This document shows positions 10,354 to 20,735 of a DNA stretch of 64,000 nt, one piece after another. The stretch comes from Myxococcales bacterium. Lineage in GTDB: Bacteria > Myxococcota_A > Polyangia > Polyangiales > DASUME01. A program made the position numbers and the translations under genes. Location: NCBI GenBank assembly GCA_047601445.1, contig JASGJH010000001.1:1600001-1664000 (forward strand), given 5' to 3'. Under the pieces are notes generated by a model. The model was given only the letters and a program-made list of their open reading frames with translations. It was not told where the DNA came from and did no database searches. Each line of letters starts with the position of its first letter. Within the stretch, counting starts at the first letter, position 1.

Positions 10354-10770
10354 ACCCTGAATGTGGTTTAGTCCGCCTGAAGCTTCAAACCCGCATTCGT
10401 CCTTTGTCGAGCCTTTGTTGCAGCCAACCGGCGTGTTCCATGCGTGCTCGAGCGAGCGCTTGCGCGAAGTTCCGAGCCGTCCCGAGCAGAGAACATCAAC
10501 GCACCGAAGCTGGAACAGCGCCTCGTCGAAAGGTCGTCGAATACGCTGCCAGATCCCTCGTCGCGCGCTTGCTGCGTACGCATTGCGTCGCAGCTGGCCG
10601 TGCAACAGTGCGTGTTATAGTGCGCAGACGTGTCGTTCTGCAGACGACACGCGGGGGGGGGACCTCGATTGCGGCACGAGTCGCGCTCGAGGTGCAGCGC
10701 CAGCTTCCCAAGCTGCCCCCGAATCTGCCTGTTCTGACTATCTCGTTGTCCCTCCAGGGGTACAGACCGC

Positions 10771-12375
10771 ATGCGCGGAGACGTCCACCATTTCGGTTCC
10801 TCGGGCGCCTTACTGGCCCGCGTAGCGCTCGCCGCCTTGCTGCTTTCGCTGGGAGCCTGTCCGGTCGGACCCAACTTCAAGAAGCCCGAAGTCGCGCTGA
10901 ATCCCGCCTGGAGTAAGAGTGGCGACACGCGCCTCTCCGCCCAGGCCAAGAGCGACGGTCGTTGGTGGCAAACCTTCCACGACCCGGTCCTCGATCACCT
11001 CATCGAGCTCGCCTATCGACAGAACCTGCCGCTACAGATCGCCGGTCTCCGCATCATGGAGGCGCGCGCTCGACTGGGCATCGCCAAGGGGAAACAGTTC
11101 CCGCAGGCGCAGGAGATCTTCGCCGGTGTGAGCGCGGTCGGCATCCCGGACTCCGTGGCCAGCGCAGTCGGTTTCAATCGCAACCTCGCGGCCTATCAGC
11201 TCGGCTTCGACGCCGCCTGGGAATTCGATCTGTGGGGAAAGTACCGGCGCGGCGTGCAGTCGGAGCTGGCCAATCTGATGGCGACCATGGCGGACTACTA
11301 CGGAGCCCTGGTCTCCCTGAACGCCGAGGTCGCACGCACCTACGCCGAGGTGCGCACCTACCAGACGCTCATCGAACTCGCCGAGCAGAACGTGGGCATT
11401 CAAGAGGACTCCCTGCGCATCGCCGAGTCCAGGTTCCGAAATGGCGCTACCTCCGAACTCGATGTGACCCAGGCGTCGAGCCTGCTCGAGAGCACGCGAG
11501 CCTCCATCCCGCAGTTGCGGGCCAGCCTGCAGCAGACCGAGAACGCCTTGAGCACCCTGCTCGGGCAGCCGACGGGTAGCGTGGACGGCTTGCTCGGCGA
11601 CGCGCACGAGATCCCCCAAGCCCCCTCGACGGTGTCGGTCAGCGTGCCCACCGAGATGCTGCGCAGGCGGCCGGACATCCGCAGCGCGGAGCTGATGGCC
11701 GAGGCTCAGTGCGCACGCATCGGCGTCGCCAAGTCCGAGCTCTATCCGAGTTTCTCGCTGGCGGGGGCCTTCGGCTTGTGGGGCAACACCACCGGCATCG
11801 GATCGCACAACCTGTTCTCCGCGGACAGCATCTTCTACTTCGTGGGACCACGGTTCAACTGGCCGGTCCTGAACTACGGTCGCCTGACCAACAACGTGCG
11901 CGTGGAGGACGCCCGCTTCCAGCAAGCCCTGGTCCACTATCGGGACACGGTGATCCGTGCGGCGCAGGAGGTGGAAGACGCGCTCAGCGGCTTCGTCCTC
12001 TCGCAAGACGCGCTGGGCGCCCTCGAACAATCCGTGAGCGCAGCGCAGCGCTCCCAGGAGATTGCGTCCGTGCAGTACCGGGAGGGAGCCGTGGACTTCC
12101 AACGAGTGCTGGATGCACAGCGCTTCCTCCTACAGCAACAGAATCGCCTGACCGAGCTGCGCTCCTCGGTCGCGACGAACCTGATCGCTCTGTACAAGGC
12201 GCTCGGCGGTGGATGGGAGTCGCGGATCGATCAGCCGGTGGTGCCCGAGCGCATGAAGAAGGAGATGGAGGACCGCACCAACTGGGGTGATCTCCTCTCC
12301 GAGCGTCCGCCCGCGCCGCGGAATCAGGTGCAACCAGCAGGCAGCACGGCGGCCACTGCGCCGCGGGGGAAATGA
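10771..12375 (+). CDS. Outer-membrane efflux lipoprotein (NodT/OprM family)
   Basis: LGAC lipobox, WWQTFHDPVL, AWEFDLWG, LRRRPDIRSAE, LYKALGGGW. Confidence 0.95.
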   Translation: MRGDVHHFGSSGALLARVALAALLLSLGACPVGPNFKKPEVALNPAWSKSGDTRLSAQAKSDGRWWQTFHDPVLDHLIELAYRQNLPLQIAGLRIMEARARLGIAKGKQFPQAQEIFAGVSAVGIPDSVASAVGFNRNLAAYQLGFDAAWEFDLWGKYRRGVQSELANLMATMADYYGALVSLNAEVARTYAEVRTYQTLIELAEQNVGIQEDSLRIAESRFRNGATSELDVTQASSLLESTRASIPQLRASLQQTENALSTLLGQPTGSVDGLLGDAHEIPQAPSTVSVSVPTEMLRRRPDIRSAELMAEAQCARIGVAKSELYPSFSLAGAFGLWGNTTGIGSHNLFSADSIFYFVGPRFNWPVLNYGRLTNNVRVEDARFQQALVHYRDTVIRAAQEVEDALSGFVLSQDALGALEQSVSAAQRSQEIASVQYREGAVDFQRVLDAQRFLLQQQNRLTELRSSVATNLIALYKALGGGWESRIDQPVVPERMKKEMEDRTNWGDLLSERPPAPRNQVQPAGSTAATAPRGK

Positions 12376-12378
12376 GTC

Positions 12379-13395
12379 GTGCCAGCAAAGCTCTCCAAGT
12401 CCACACTCCGACACATCTTGATCACGGTCGCCGTCCTCGGCGCGAGCTTGGCTGCGTTCCTGTACTGGCGCTCCAAGCGCGACGCGCTCCCGGAGGGAAT
12501 CATGTCGGGCAATGGTCGACTCGAGGCCAAGCTCGTCGACGTGGCTGCCAAGGAACCGCTGCGCGTGAAGGATATCCTGGTGGACGAAGGCGCTCTGGTG
12601 AAGCCCGGTCAGATACTCGCACACCTGGACACGGTCACCCTCGACGCTCAGCTCGCCGAGGCCAACGCCGGTGTGGCGGCGGCCCAGGAGCGCCTCGCGG
12701 TGGCCAAGGCATCCATCGTGAAGCAGGAGCAGGAGATCGATCTGGCGCAAATCGAGATGGACCGCTCAGGTCGCCTGGTGCAGGAGAGCGCGGGCTCGCA
12801 GCAGGACTTGGACGTACGCAAGACCAAGCTCGCCACCACCCAGGCCAGCCTCACCCAGGCCGACGCCATGCTCCGCACCGCCAACAAGCAGGTGGAGGTC
12901 GCGCAAGCCAACGCCAACACGGTGCAGACGCGCATCGACGACGCGACCCTCACCTCCCCGGTGACCGGTCGCGTGCTCTATCGACTCGCCGAGGCAGGCG
13001 AAGTGCTCGCAGCGGGCGGCAAAGCCCTCACGTTGGTGAACCTCGAGGACGTGTACATGGAGATCTTCCTGCCGTCCGAGCAGGCCTCCAAGCTCAAGAT
13101 CGGCTCCGAAGGCCGCATCGTGCTCGACTATGCGCCCGACCAAGCCATCGTCGGACACGTGAGCTTCGTGTCGCCTGAAGCTCAGTTCACGCCCAAGCAG
13201 GTGGAGACGCGCAGCGAACGCGAACGCCTGATGTTCCGCGTGAAGATCCAGCTCCCGAAGGAGCTCGCAAGCCGGTATGCGCTCGAGCTCAAGACGGGCG
13301 TGCGCGGCGTGGGCTACGTGCGGACGAATCCGAATCAACCGTGGCCGGCGAACCTTCAGAAGCTGGTCACCTTCCAACCACAAGCGGCCCGCTAG
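12379..13395 (+). CDS. yhiI: HlyD-family membrane-fusion protein (YhiI-like)
   Basis: SGNGRLEA, coiled-coil hairpin, AQFTPKQVET, MFRVK, KTGVRGVGYVR; directly upstream of rbbA. Confidence 0.85.
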   Translation: MPAKLSKSTLRHILITVAVLGASLAAFLYWRSKRDALPEGIMSGNGRLEAKLVDVAAKEPLRVKDILVDEGALVKPGQILAHLDTVTLDAQLAEANAGVAAAQERLAVAKASIVKQEQEIDLAQIEMDRSGRLVQESAGSQQDLDVRKTKLATTQASLTQADAMLRTANKQVEVAQANANTVQTRIDDATLTSPVTGRVLYRLAEAGEVLAAGGKALTLVNLEDVYMEIFLPSEQASKLKIGSEGRIVLDYAPDQAIVGHVSFVSPEAQFTPKQVETRSERERLMFRVKIQLPKELASRYALELKTGVRGVGYVRTNPNQPWPANLQKLVTFQPQAAR

Positions 13396-13415
13396 CCGCG
13401 GCGTGAGGTGCTTGC

Positions 13416-16202
13416 TTGGTCTCTCCAGCAGAAGACCTGCCGAGTGGTCGCGAGCGTGGTCCCGTCGTGATCACGCGCGGACTGACCCATCGCTATGGCA
13501 AAGTCACGGCCCTCGAGAACCTCTCCCTCAGCATCCCCAGCGGCATCATGGTGGGCGTGGTGGGGCCGGATGGCGTGGGAAAGTCCACATTGCTGGGCTT
13601 GATGGCAGGGGCCAAGAAGCTCCAGCACGGCGCGCTGCAGGTGCTCGACGGCGACATCGGTGACCCCGCCCATCGCAGACAGGTGGGGCCGCGCATCGCC
13701 TATATGCCTCAGGGGCTCGGCAAGAACCTCTATCTCGACTTGAGCGTCTACGACAACGTGGACTTCATGGCGCGCTTGTTCGGGCTCGATGAAAGCGAGC
13801 GCCGTGCCCGCATCGACGGCCTGCTCGATGCCACGGGGCTCGGACGCTTCGCCGGGCGTCCGGCGGGCAAGCTCTCGGGTGGCATGAAGCAGAAGGTCGG
13901 CCTTTGCGGAGCGCTCGTGCATGACCCGGACCTGCTGATCCTGGATGAGCCCACCACGGGCGTCGATCCGTTGTCGCGCCGCCAGTTCTGGACCCTGATC
14001 GACGATATCCGCGCGCAGCGCCCGGGCATGAGCGTGGTGATCTCCACGGCCTACATGGACGAAGCCCAGGCCTGGGACTGGATCGTCGCCATGGACGCGG
14101 GGCACGTGCTCGCCACCGGTAGCCCCCCCGAATTGATGCAGCGCACGGGCACGCGCGACCTGGAGCAGTGCTTCATCGCCCTCTTGCCTGAAGAGAAGCG
14201 CAAGGGGCACCGCGAGGTCAGCATCCCGCCGCTTTCGTCGCAGGACGCCGAGGTGGTGATCGAAGCGGACGGACTCACGAAGCGCTTCGGGGACTTCACG
14301 GCGGTCGACCACGTCACGCTGTCCATCAAGCGCGGCGAGATCTTCGGCTTCTTGGGGTCCAACGGGTGTGGGAAGTCCACGACCATGAAGATGCTCACTG
14401 GCCTGTTGCCGCCCACCGAGGGCAGCGCGCACCTGTTCGGAAGCGCGGTGGAGGCGGGCAGCATGGAGGTGCGCCGCAACATCGGCTACATGACGCAGGC
14501 GTTCTCCCTCTACGGCGAGCTCAGCGTGCGCCAGAACCTCGTGCTGCACGCGCGCCTCTATCACCTGCCGCCCGACGAGGCCAAGGCGCGCATTCAGGAG
14601 CTCGTGCAGCGCTTTGGGCTCGATCCGCACCTCGACGCCCTCTCCGATTCTTTGCCCATGGGCCTGCGCCAGCGGCTCTCCCTGGCGGTGGCGGTACTGC
14701 ACGGGCCGCAGATCCTGATCCTCGACGAGCCCACCTCGGGCGTAGATCCGGTGGCGCGCGACAGCTTCTGGGAGCTCTTGGTGGACCTATCGCGCAGTCA
14801 GGGTGTCACCATCTTCGTGACCACCCACTTCATGAACGAGGGCATGCGCTGCGACCGCATCTCCCTGATGCACGCGGGCAAGGTGCTGGCGGCCGACGCG
14901 CCGAATGCGCTGATCGCCCAGCGCGGAGCCGACAGCCTCGAGGAAGCCTTCATCGGGTACATGGAGGACGCCATCGCCGAGGCCGCACCTCCCGCGGCCG
15001 CGGCCAAGTCCGGGGCCCCGCTGGCGCCGGAGCCCACGCCAGCCAAGCAGCCTGGCCAGCCGAGCGCTACGGCCCTGCGGCTGCGCCGGCTGCTCGCCTA
15101 TACCGTCAACGAGACCAAGCAAATCTTGCGAGACCCCGTGCGCTTGGCCTTCGCGTTCGTGGGCTCGGCGCTGCTCATGCTGGTGTTCGGCTTCGGCATC
15201 ACCACCGACGTCGAGCACATCCGCTACGCGGAGCTGGACCTGGATCGCTCCCCGGAGAGCCGCATGTACCTGGAACAGTTCGCCGCTTCACCGCGCTACT
15301 TCACCAGGACCGCGCCGACCTCGTCGTCCGACGAGGCGCTACGCAGGCTGCAGTCCGACGACGTCTCGCTCGTGGTCGAGGTGCCGCCGAGCTTCGGAGC
15401 GGACTATCGGCGCGGATCGGAGCCCGAGGTGATGGCCCAGGTCGACGGCGCCATGACCTTCCGAGGCGACACGGTGGCGCAGTACGCCCAGGGCGTGCAT
15501 GCGAGCACGCTCGCGGACCCCGCGAGCGGACTCGGGTCGGAGGGCCCCACGAAGTACGTGGCCGACGTGGAAGAGCGCTACATGTACAACCCGACCTTCG
15601 AGAGCGTCTACTCCATCGTCCCGAGCGTGCCCGCCCTCCTGCTGCTGCTCATCCCGGCCATCCTGATGGCGGTGAGCATCGTGCGCGAGAAGGAGCTCGG
15701 CTCGATGATCAACTTCTACGTCACCCCCACCGGCAAGCTCGAATATCTGCTGGGGAAGCAGCTGCCCTACGTGGCCATCGGGACCCTCAACCTGTTGGCC
15801 CTCACCGCCATCGCGCTGCTCATCTTCCGGGTCCCCTTGAAGGGGAGCTTCCTGATGCTGGCGCTGTGCAGCTTGCTCTATGTCACCGCCACCACCGGCA
15901 TCGGCATGGTCATGTCCACCTTTACGAGCAGCCAGGTCGCCGCGGTGTTCGTGACCTCCATCGTGACCATCGTGCCGACCATCCAGTTCTCGGGCCTGTT
16001 GCAGCCCATCTCCACGCTCGAGGGCAGCGCGGCCGTGGTGGGCAAGCTCTGGCCGGCTTCCTACTACATGCACGCGAGTTTGGGCGCCTATACCAAGGGC
16101 CTCACGCCGAGCCTCATGCTGACGGACGTCTGGTTCCTGGCGGCCTGCATCCCCGTGTTGTTGGCCGTGAGCCTCGCCGGGCTGAAAAAGCAGGAGAAAT
16201 GA
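13416..16202 (+). CDS. rbbA: Ribosome-associated ATPase / dual-ATPase ABC-2 transporter RbbA
   Basis: Two ABC domains (GPDGVGKST/LSGGMKQK; GSNGCGKST/ILDEPTSG) fused to a permease (VREKELGS); YMPQGLGKNLY signature. Confidence 0.92.
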   Translation: MVSPAEDLPSGRERGPVVITRGLTHRYGKVTALENLSLSIPSGIMVGVVGPDGVGKSTLLGLMAGAKKLQHGALQVLDGDIGDPAHRRQVGPRIAYMPQGLGKNLYLDLSVYDNVDFMARLFGLDESERRARIDGLLDATGLGRFAGRPAGKLSGGMKQKVGLCGALVHDPDLLILDEPTTGVDPLSRRQFWTLIDDIRAQRPGMSVVISTAYMDEAQAWDWIVAMDAGHVLATGSPPELMQRTGTRDLEQCFIALLPEEKRKGHREVSIPPLSSQDAEVVIEADGLTKRFGDFTAVDHVTLSIKRGEIFGFLGSNGCGKSTTMKMLTGLLPPTEGSAHLFGSAVEAGSMEVRRNIGYMTQAFSLYGELSVRQNLVLHARLYHLPPDEAKARIQELVQRFGLDPHLDALSDSLPMGLRQRLSLAVAVLHGPQILILDEPTSGVDPVARDSFWELLVDLSRSQGVTIFVTTHFMNEGMRCDRISLMHAGKVLAADAPNALIAQRGADSLEEAFIGYMEDAIAEAAPPAAAAKSGAPLAPEPTPAKQPGQPSATALRLRRLLAYTVNETKQILRDPVRLAFAFVGSALLMLVFGFGITTDVEHIRYAELDLDRSPESRMYLEQFAASPRYFTRTAPTSSSDEALRRLQSDDVSLVVEVPPSFGADYRRGSEPEVMAQVDGAMTFRGDTVAQYAQGVHASTLADPASGLGSEGPTKYVADVEERYMYNPTFESVYSIVPSVPALLLLLIPAILMAVSIVREKELGSMINFYVTPTGKLEYLLGKQLPYVAIGTLNLLALTAIALLIFRVPLKGSFLMLALCSLLYVTATTGIGMVMSTFTSSQVAAVFVTSIVTIVPTIQFSGLLQPISTLEGSAAVVGKLWPASYYMHASLGAYTKGLTPSLMLTDVWFLAACIPVLLAVSLAGLKKQEK

Positions 16203-17323
16203 CCTCGCTCCTCAACATCGTCTGGCTCGGACTCAAGGAGCTCCGCAGTTTGATGAGCGACATGGTGATGGTCGCGTTCGTGGTCTATGCGTTCACCTTC
16301 GCCATCTACGTCCAGGCCACGGGCACCTCGAGCGAAGTCAACAATGCCTCCATCGCCTTCGTCGACGAAGACGGCTCGGCCCTCTCCAAGGAGCTGTTCA
16401 ACGCCTTCTATCCGCCTCGCTTCAAGGTCCCCGAGTGGATCACGGCCGTCGACGTGCAGCGCACGATGGACGAAGGACGCTACATGTTCGTGGTGGTGAT
16501 CCCGCCACGCTTCGAGGAGGACCTGCGGGCCGGGCGCCGCCCGAGTATCCAGTTGAATATCGACGCCACCGCCATGCAGCAGGCCGGCATCGGATCGGGC
16601 TACATCAAGAACATCGTCCAGAGCCGCATCTCCTCGTTCCTGAAACGCTCGGAGGAGCTGCCTCAACCCGCCATCGAGCTCGTGGTGCGCAAGCTCTTCA
16701 ACCCCAACGGGCTCTCGTCTTGGTTCAAGAGCGTGGTGGCCATCATCAACCAAATCACGCTGCTCACGGTGGTCCTCACCGGGGCCGCGGTGATCCGCGA
16801 GCGCGAGCACGGCACGCTCGAGCACCTGTTGGTGATGCCCTTGAGCGCCTTCGAGATCGCCATGGCCAAGGTGTGGTCGAACGGCCTGGTGATCCTGCTC
16901 GCGACGGCGGCGTCGCTGTTCCTGGTGGTGCAGCTGGCCTTGAAGGTGCCCTTCGCCGGCTCGATGACGCTGTGGTTCGTGGGCGTGGTGCTGTATCTCT
17001 TCTTCGCCACGGCGTTGGGCATCTTCCTCGGGACGATCTCGCGCTCCATGGCCCAGTTCGCGCTGCTGATCATCCTGGTGAACGTGGTGCTGATGTTGCT
17101 CTCCGGCGGTAGCACGCCGGTCGAGAGTCAGCCGCGCTGGCTGCAGTGGCTCACCTATCTCTTGCCGGCGCGGCACTTCGTGTCCTTTTCGCAGGTGATC
17201 ATCTATCGCGGCGGCGGCCTTCGCGCGGTGTGGCCGCAGTTCGTGATGGTCGGCTCGGTGGGGCTCGGTTTCTTCGTGTACAGCCTGGCCCTCTTCCGCA
17301 AGTCCATCGCCGTCAGCAAGTGA
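16199..17323 (+). CDS. yhhJ: ABC-2 permease YhhJ
   Basis: ATGA overlap with rbbA; LGLKELRSL, REREHGTLEHLLVMP, LSGGSTP. Confidence 0.88.
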   Translation: MTSLLNIVWLGLKELRSLMSDMVMVAFVVYAFTFAIYVQATGTSSEVNNASIAFVDEDGSALSKELFNAFYPPRFKVPEWITAVDVQRTMDEGRYMFVVVIPPRFEEDLRAGRRPSIQLNIDATAMQQAGIGSGYIKNIVQSRISSFLKRSEELPQPAIELVVRKLFNPNGLSSWFKSVVAIINQITLLTVVLTGAAVIREREHGTLEHLLVMPLSAFEIAMAKVWSNGLVILLATAASLFLVVQLALKVPFAGSMTLWFVGVVLYLFFATALGIFLGTISRSMAQFALLIILVNVVLMLLSGGSTPVESQPRWLQWLTYLLPARHFVSFSQVIIYRGGGLRAVWPQFVMVGSVGLGFFVYSLALFRKSIAVSK

Positions 17324-17397
17324 GCCGAAGAGGCCGAGGTCGGCGCGCCTTTCCCAGGGCCGGCGAGGACCGCCTCATTTGGCGTTATTCAATTAAC

Positions 17398-17426
17398 TTG
17401 ACGCTCATAACATCAATATGTAGAAC
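17398..17426 (+). promoter_or_regulatory. Sigma70-like promoter, probably leaderless, for the TetR operon
   Basis: TTGACG-17 bp-TAGAAC in an AT-rich patch; the ATG begins 7 nt after the -10 box. Confidence 0.55.
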
Positions 17427-17432
17427 CTGGTC

Positions 17433-18122
17433 ATGGCTCCCCGCAGCTACTCGAGCGCCATCCGCGATGCCCAGGTCGAGCAGACGCGCGCTCTCCTCTT
17501 GGAAACCGCCCGAACCATGTTGGCAGAGGGTGGCATCGACGCGCTGACCCTGCCCAGGCTCGCGCAGGTGGCCGGTGTCTCGGTGCCCACGGTGTATCGA
17601 CACTTCCCCAGCCTGGACGACCTGTTCCGCGCGTTCCTCGAGTGGCTCCGTCCGAGGCTCGGTCTCACCGAAGAGCGCCTGATGAGCGTCACGCCCGAGC
17701 AACTCCCGGCGGTCCCCGGCGAGAACTTTCCGCGCTACGAGGCCGAGTCCGGCGTACTGCGTCCGCTGATGGAGTCACGCGAGTTCAATCGCGTGCGGGT
17801 GGCCAGCATGCGCGACCGCGCCCGCAAGGCGGCTGCGCGACTGAAGGCGGAGAGCGACGGCTGGTCCGACGCGGAGCGCGAAGCACGCGCAGGCGCCATC
17901 TGGGTCCTGCAGTCTCCGCATGTCTGGCGCTGGATGCGCGACACCTGGGGCCTCGACAACGAGGAAGCCGCCGAGGCGGCGAGCTGGGCCATGGCCACGC
18001 TGCGCGACGCCCTGCGCCGGGGCAAGCCGGAGAACACCAAGGCAAAGAGCAAGGGCAAGATCCGAACCGCGCCCCAAGCCAACACTGGAAGAGCCAACGG
18101 AAAGGCCAAGAAGAGAGCATGA
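17433..18122 (+). CDS. TetR/AcrR-family regulator
   Basis: LAQVAGVSVPTVYRHFPS helix-turn-helix. Confidence 0.92.
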   Translation: MAPRSYSSAIRDAQVEQTRALLLETARTMLAEGGIDALTLPRLAQVAGVSVPTVYRHFPSLDDLFRAFLEWLRPRLGLTEERLMSVTPEQLPAVPGENFPRYEAESGVLRPLMESREFNRVRVASMRDRARKAAARLKAESDGWSDAEREARAGAIWVLQSPHVWRWMRDTWGLDNEEAAEAASWAMATLRDALRRGKPENTKAKSKGKIRTAPQANTGRANGKAKKRA

Positions 18123-19156
18123 GTAAGGGACGGAAGATCGCGCGCATCGTCGGTGTCGCGCTGGGAGTGCTGGTCGTTGCGGCAGGGACTGGCTTCTGGC
18201 TGGCCTCCTCGCAGGCGCGCGCAAAGCTCGAGCGTCACTTCGAAGCTCACACGGTGGACTTTGCAGTGCCCAATCCGCTCACGCAGCAGGAGCTCGACGA
18301 GCTGCGCGCCGAGCGGGCCAAGACCTTGCCGCCCGCAGTCGACGGCGAGGCTGCCGCGGATCCGCTGGCGGGCGTCGACCTCCCTGGCATCGCGCTCGAG
18401 CGCGCCATCGCGCGCGGCAAGCACCTGGTGGAGGCGCGCTATGCCTGCGGTGCGTGCCACGGAGCCAACTTCGCTGGCGGAGTCATGATAGACAACGGCG
18501 CCATCGGCACCATTCGTGGCGCCAACCTCACGTCCGGCAAGGGCGGCCTGCCCGCGAACTACGCAGTAGCCGACTGGGACCGCATCGTGCGTCACGGAAT
18601 CAAGCCCGATGGGTCGCCCGCCGTCATGCCCTCCGAGGACTTCTTTGCCATGACGGACCAGGAACTCTCGGATGTGATCGCCTACTTGCGCTCGCAGCCA
18701 TCCGTGGACGCCGAAGTGCCGAAGCCCACGTTCGGCCCAGTTGGTACGGTGCTGCTCGCCGTGGGCAAGTTTCCCTTGGCCGCGTACAAGCTGGGCGATC
18801 ATCAGCGCCCCCACGCGAAGCAAGCTCCGGACGCAGCGAATACGCCGGAGTTCGGCGCGCACCTGGCGGCCATCTGCACCGGTTGCCATCGCGAAAACTT
18901 GGCGGGTGGTCCCATGCTGTTCGGTCCGCCTGACTGGCCCGCGGCGGCCAACCTCACGCACCACGAGGCCGGGCTTTCGAGCTGGAGCTTCGACGACTTC
19001 GAGCGCGCGCTGGTGCACGGCAAGAGCAAGGATGGCCGCGCCTTGCGCCCGCCCATGAGCGAGGTGGTGCCGGCGACACGCGCGATGACAGCCACGGAGC
19101 GCAAGGCTCTGTGGACCTACCTAGCCAGTGTTCAGCCCATGCCCACCAACCCCTGA
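18119..19156 (+). CDS. Membrane-anchored diheme c-type cytochrome
   Basis: N-terminal transmembrane helix; CGACH and CTGCH heme motifs; ANLT repeats; ATGA overlap with TetR. Confidence 0.88.
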   Translation: MSKGRKIARIVGVALGVLVVAAGTGFWLASSQARAKLERHFEAHTVDFAVPNPLTQQELDELRAERAKTLPPAVDGEAAADPLAGVDLPGIALERAIARGKHLVEARYACGACHGANFAGGVMIDNGAIGTIRGANLTSGKGGLPANYAVADWDRIVRHGIKPDGSPAVMPSEDFFAMTDQELSDVIAYLRSQPSVDAEVPKPTFGPVGTVLLAVGKFPLAAYKLGDHQRPHAKQAPDAANTPEFGAHLAAICTGCHRENLAGGPMLFGPPDWPAAANLTHHEAGLSSWSFDDFERALVHGKSKDGRALRPPMSEVVPATRAMTATERKALWTYLASVQPMPTNP

Positions 19157-19168
19157 AGGCAATGAACC

Positions 19169-19627
19169 ATGCGAATCCACCACGTCACCATCCCAGCCCG
19201 TGATCCGCAGCGCGTTGCGGGCGTGCTCGCCGAGCTGTTCGGCGCGCGTGTGATTCCCCTCCCCCATCCGCAAGGCAACCTCCTCGTCTACGCGGGCGAC
19301 AGCGATGGAACCGCCGTCGAGGTGTGGCCCGCAGCGCTGCGTGGGGAGGTGGGAGCAGCCGAGCTCGAGCCGCGCGACTTGCCGCTGCCCGAGGCCTGGC
19401 CCCACCACGCGTACATCAGCAGCGACGCGTGCGACCCGGACCGTGTGGTCGCCACATTCGAGCGCGAAGGGTGGCGCGCTTTCAAGGTGCGCAACGGGCC
19501 GCCCGGCGGCGGCTTCACACTGGTGCGCGGATGGATCGAGAACCAGACAGCCATCGAGATTGCGGGCCAGGCCATGCGCCTCGAGTACGAGCGCTTCTTT
19601 CGTGAGGCGCTCGGCCGGGCCCAGTAG
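19169..19627 (+). CDS. VOC/glyoxalase-superfamily protein
   Basis: IHHVTIPARDP...EVWP...HHAYI...WIEN pattern. Confidence 0.7.
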   Translation: MRIHHVTIPARDPQRVAGVLAELFGARVIPLPHPQGNLLVYAGDSDGTAVEVWPAALRGEVGAAELEPRDLPLPEAWPHHAYISSDACDPDRVVATFEREGWRAFKVRNGPPGGGFTLVRGWIENQTAIEIAGQAMRLEYERFFREALGRAQ

Positions 19628-20243
19628 CTCGCCGTTTCCTCGCATTGGGCAGGCGGAGGTGTCGCCCGCGTCTCTTGCCCGCCAGGTCACCTTCGTGGCG
19701 TTTTGCAGCGGCGAGACAAAATGCCGCAACCAGGATTGGCACGGACGACCCGCACGACGCGGAGTTGCCGGCCAAGCACCCGCGCGTTCCCGAGTGCGTC
19801 TCCTCTCATGGGCTCGCGCTCGGATCCACCGAGCCGCTGTAACCTTGGAGGCGGGGTGAAACGTTCGGGCAGCGCTCGGCGTGACAGGTGGCCAGCGAAG
19901 CTGACTAAGTAAGGTAGGCAACCTTGGCCAGAAGTCTCTCGCGCCAGCTCAAACGAGCGTTGGCCAGGCCCGAATCACGCTGCGGCAAAACGCGCTAGTG
20001 GGGCAAAAGAGCACTTCAAAAGCCGTGTTTTCAAGCCATTCTCGTGATTGCTTCGGGCGCGAAAAGCACGCAAGCTTCCAACCTTTAGGACTGGCCGCGG
20101 GCGCGCCCAGTCGCCCCTCCCGTTCACGCATTGCGAGAGCCGAATGCCCCCTCTCTCTCAAGCGAACGTCGTTTCAATCGAGCCGGGTCTGCTCGCGTCC
20201 TACTTGCGCGCTCAGCCGAGCGGACAACGTCGCGAGGCCCTGT

Positions 20244-20723
20244 GATGACGCAGGACGTCGCCGATGCATGGGACGAAGACTGCCACGAGCTCACGCTGGC
20301 CTGCGACAGCACGGGCGCCATCGTATGGGCTGACCGTCGCGCGCAGAAGAAGTGTCGCACCAGAAGCGTGAGCTCGAACGCCAGCAGCACGAGCTTCAAG
20401 AAACCAACCTGTTGGCCGCCATACGCGGACAAATGCGCCCTCTCCTGTCTGCCAGCGAAGGCGTGGAGCTGGTATTCGACGACCCGCCTGCCGACCTATG
20501 GCTCGACACCGACCAGGGAAAGGTCGCTGAGGTCCTGCGCAACCTGATCTCGAACGCGCTCAAGTTCACCGAACGGGGAGAAGTGCAGGCGAGCGCATAC
20601 GTGGTGGGCAACCAAGCCCTGCTGCGGGTGAAGGATACGGGCATCGGAATTGCACTGAAGAGAGCCTCTCCAGGGAGCTCGCAATCAACCGCATTCGAGA
20701 CGCCTTGCGCAAGGCGGGGGTAG
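20244..20723 (+). pseudogene. Internally deleted histidine kinase remnant
   Basis: N-box LRNLISNALKFT and G1 DTGIGI are present; the H-box and G2 box are absent; the N-terminal fragment is in another frame. Confidence 0.65.
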
Positions 20724-20735
20724 GACAGGCTGTCC

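Noticed and set aside
14366..16198. 985-aa ORF 14366-17323
   Set aside because: Only 16199-17323 (YhhJ) is protein-like; the rest is an alternate frame of rbbA that stays open because of high GC.
19630..20240. Intergenic ORFs or an RNA gene
   Set aside because: No motif-bearing ORF, tRNA-like fold or convincing repeat.
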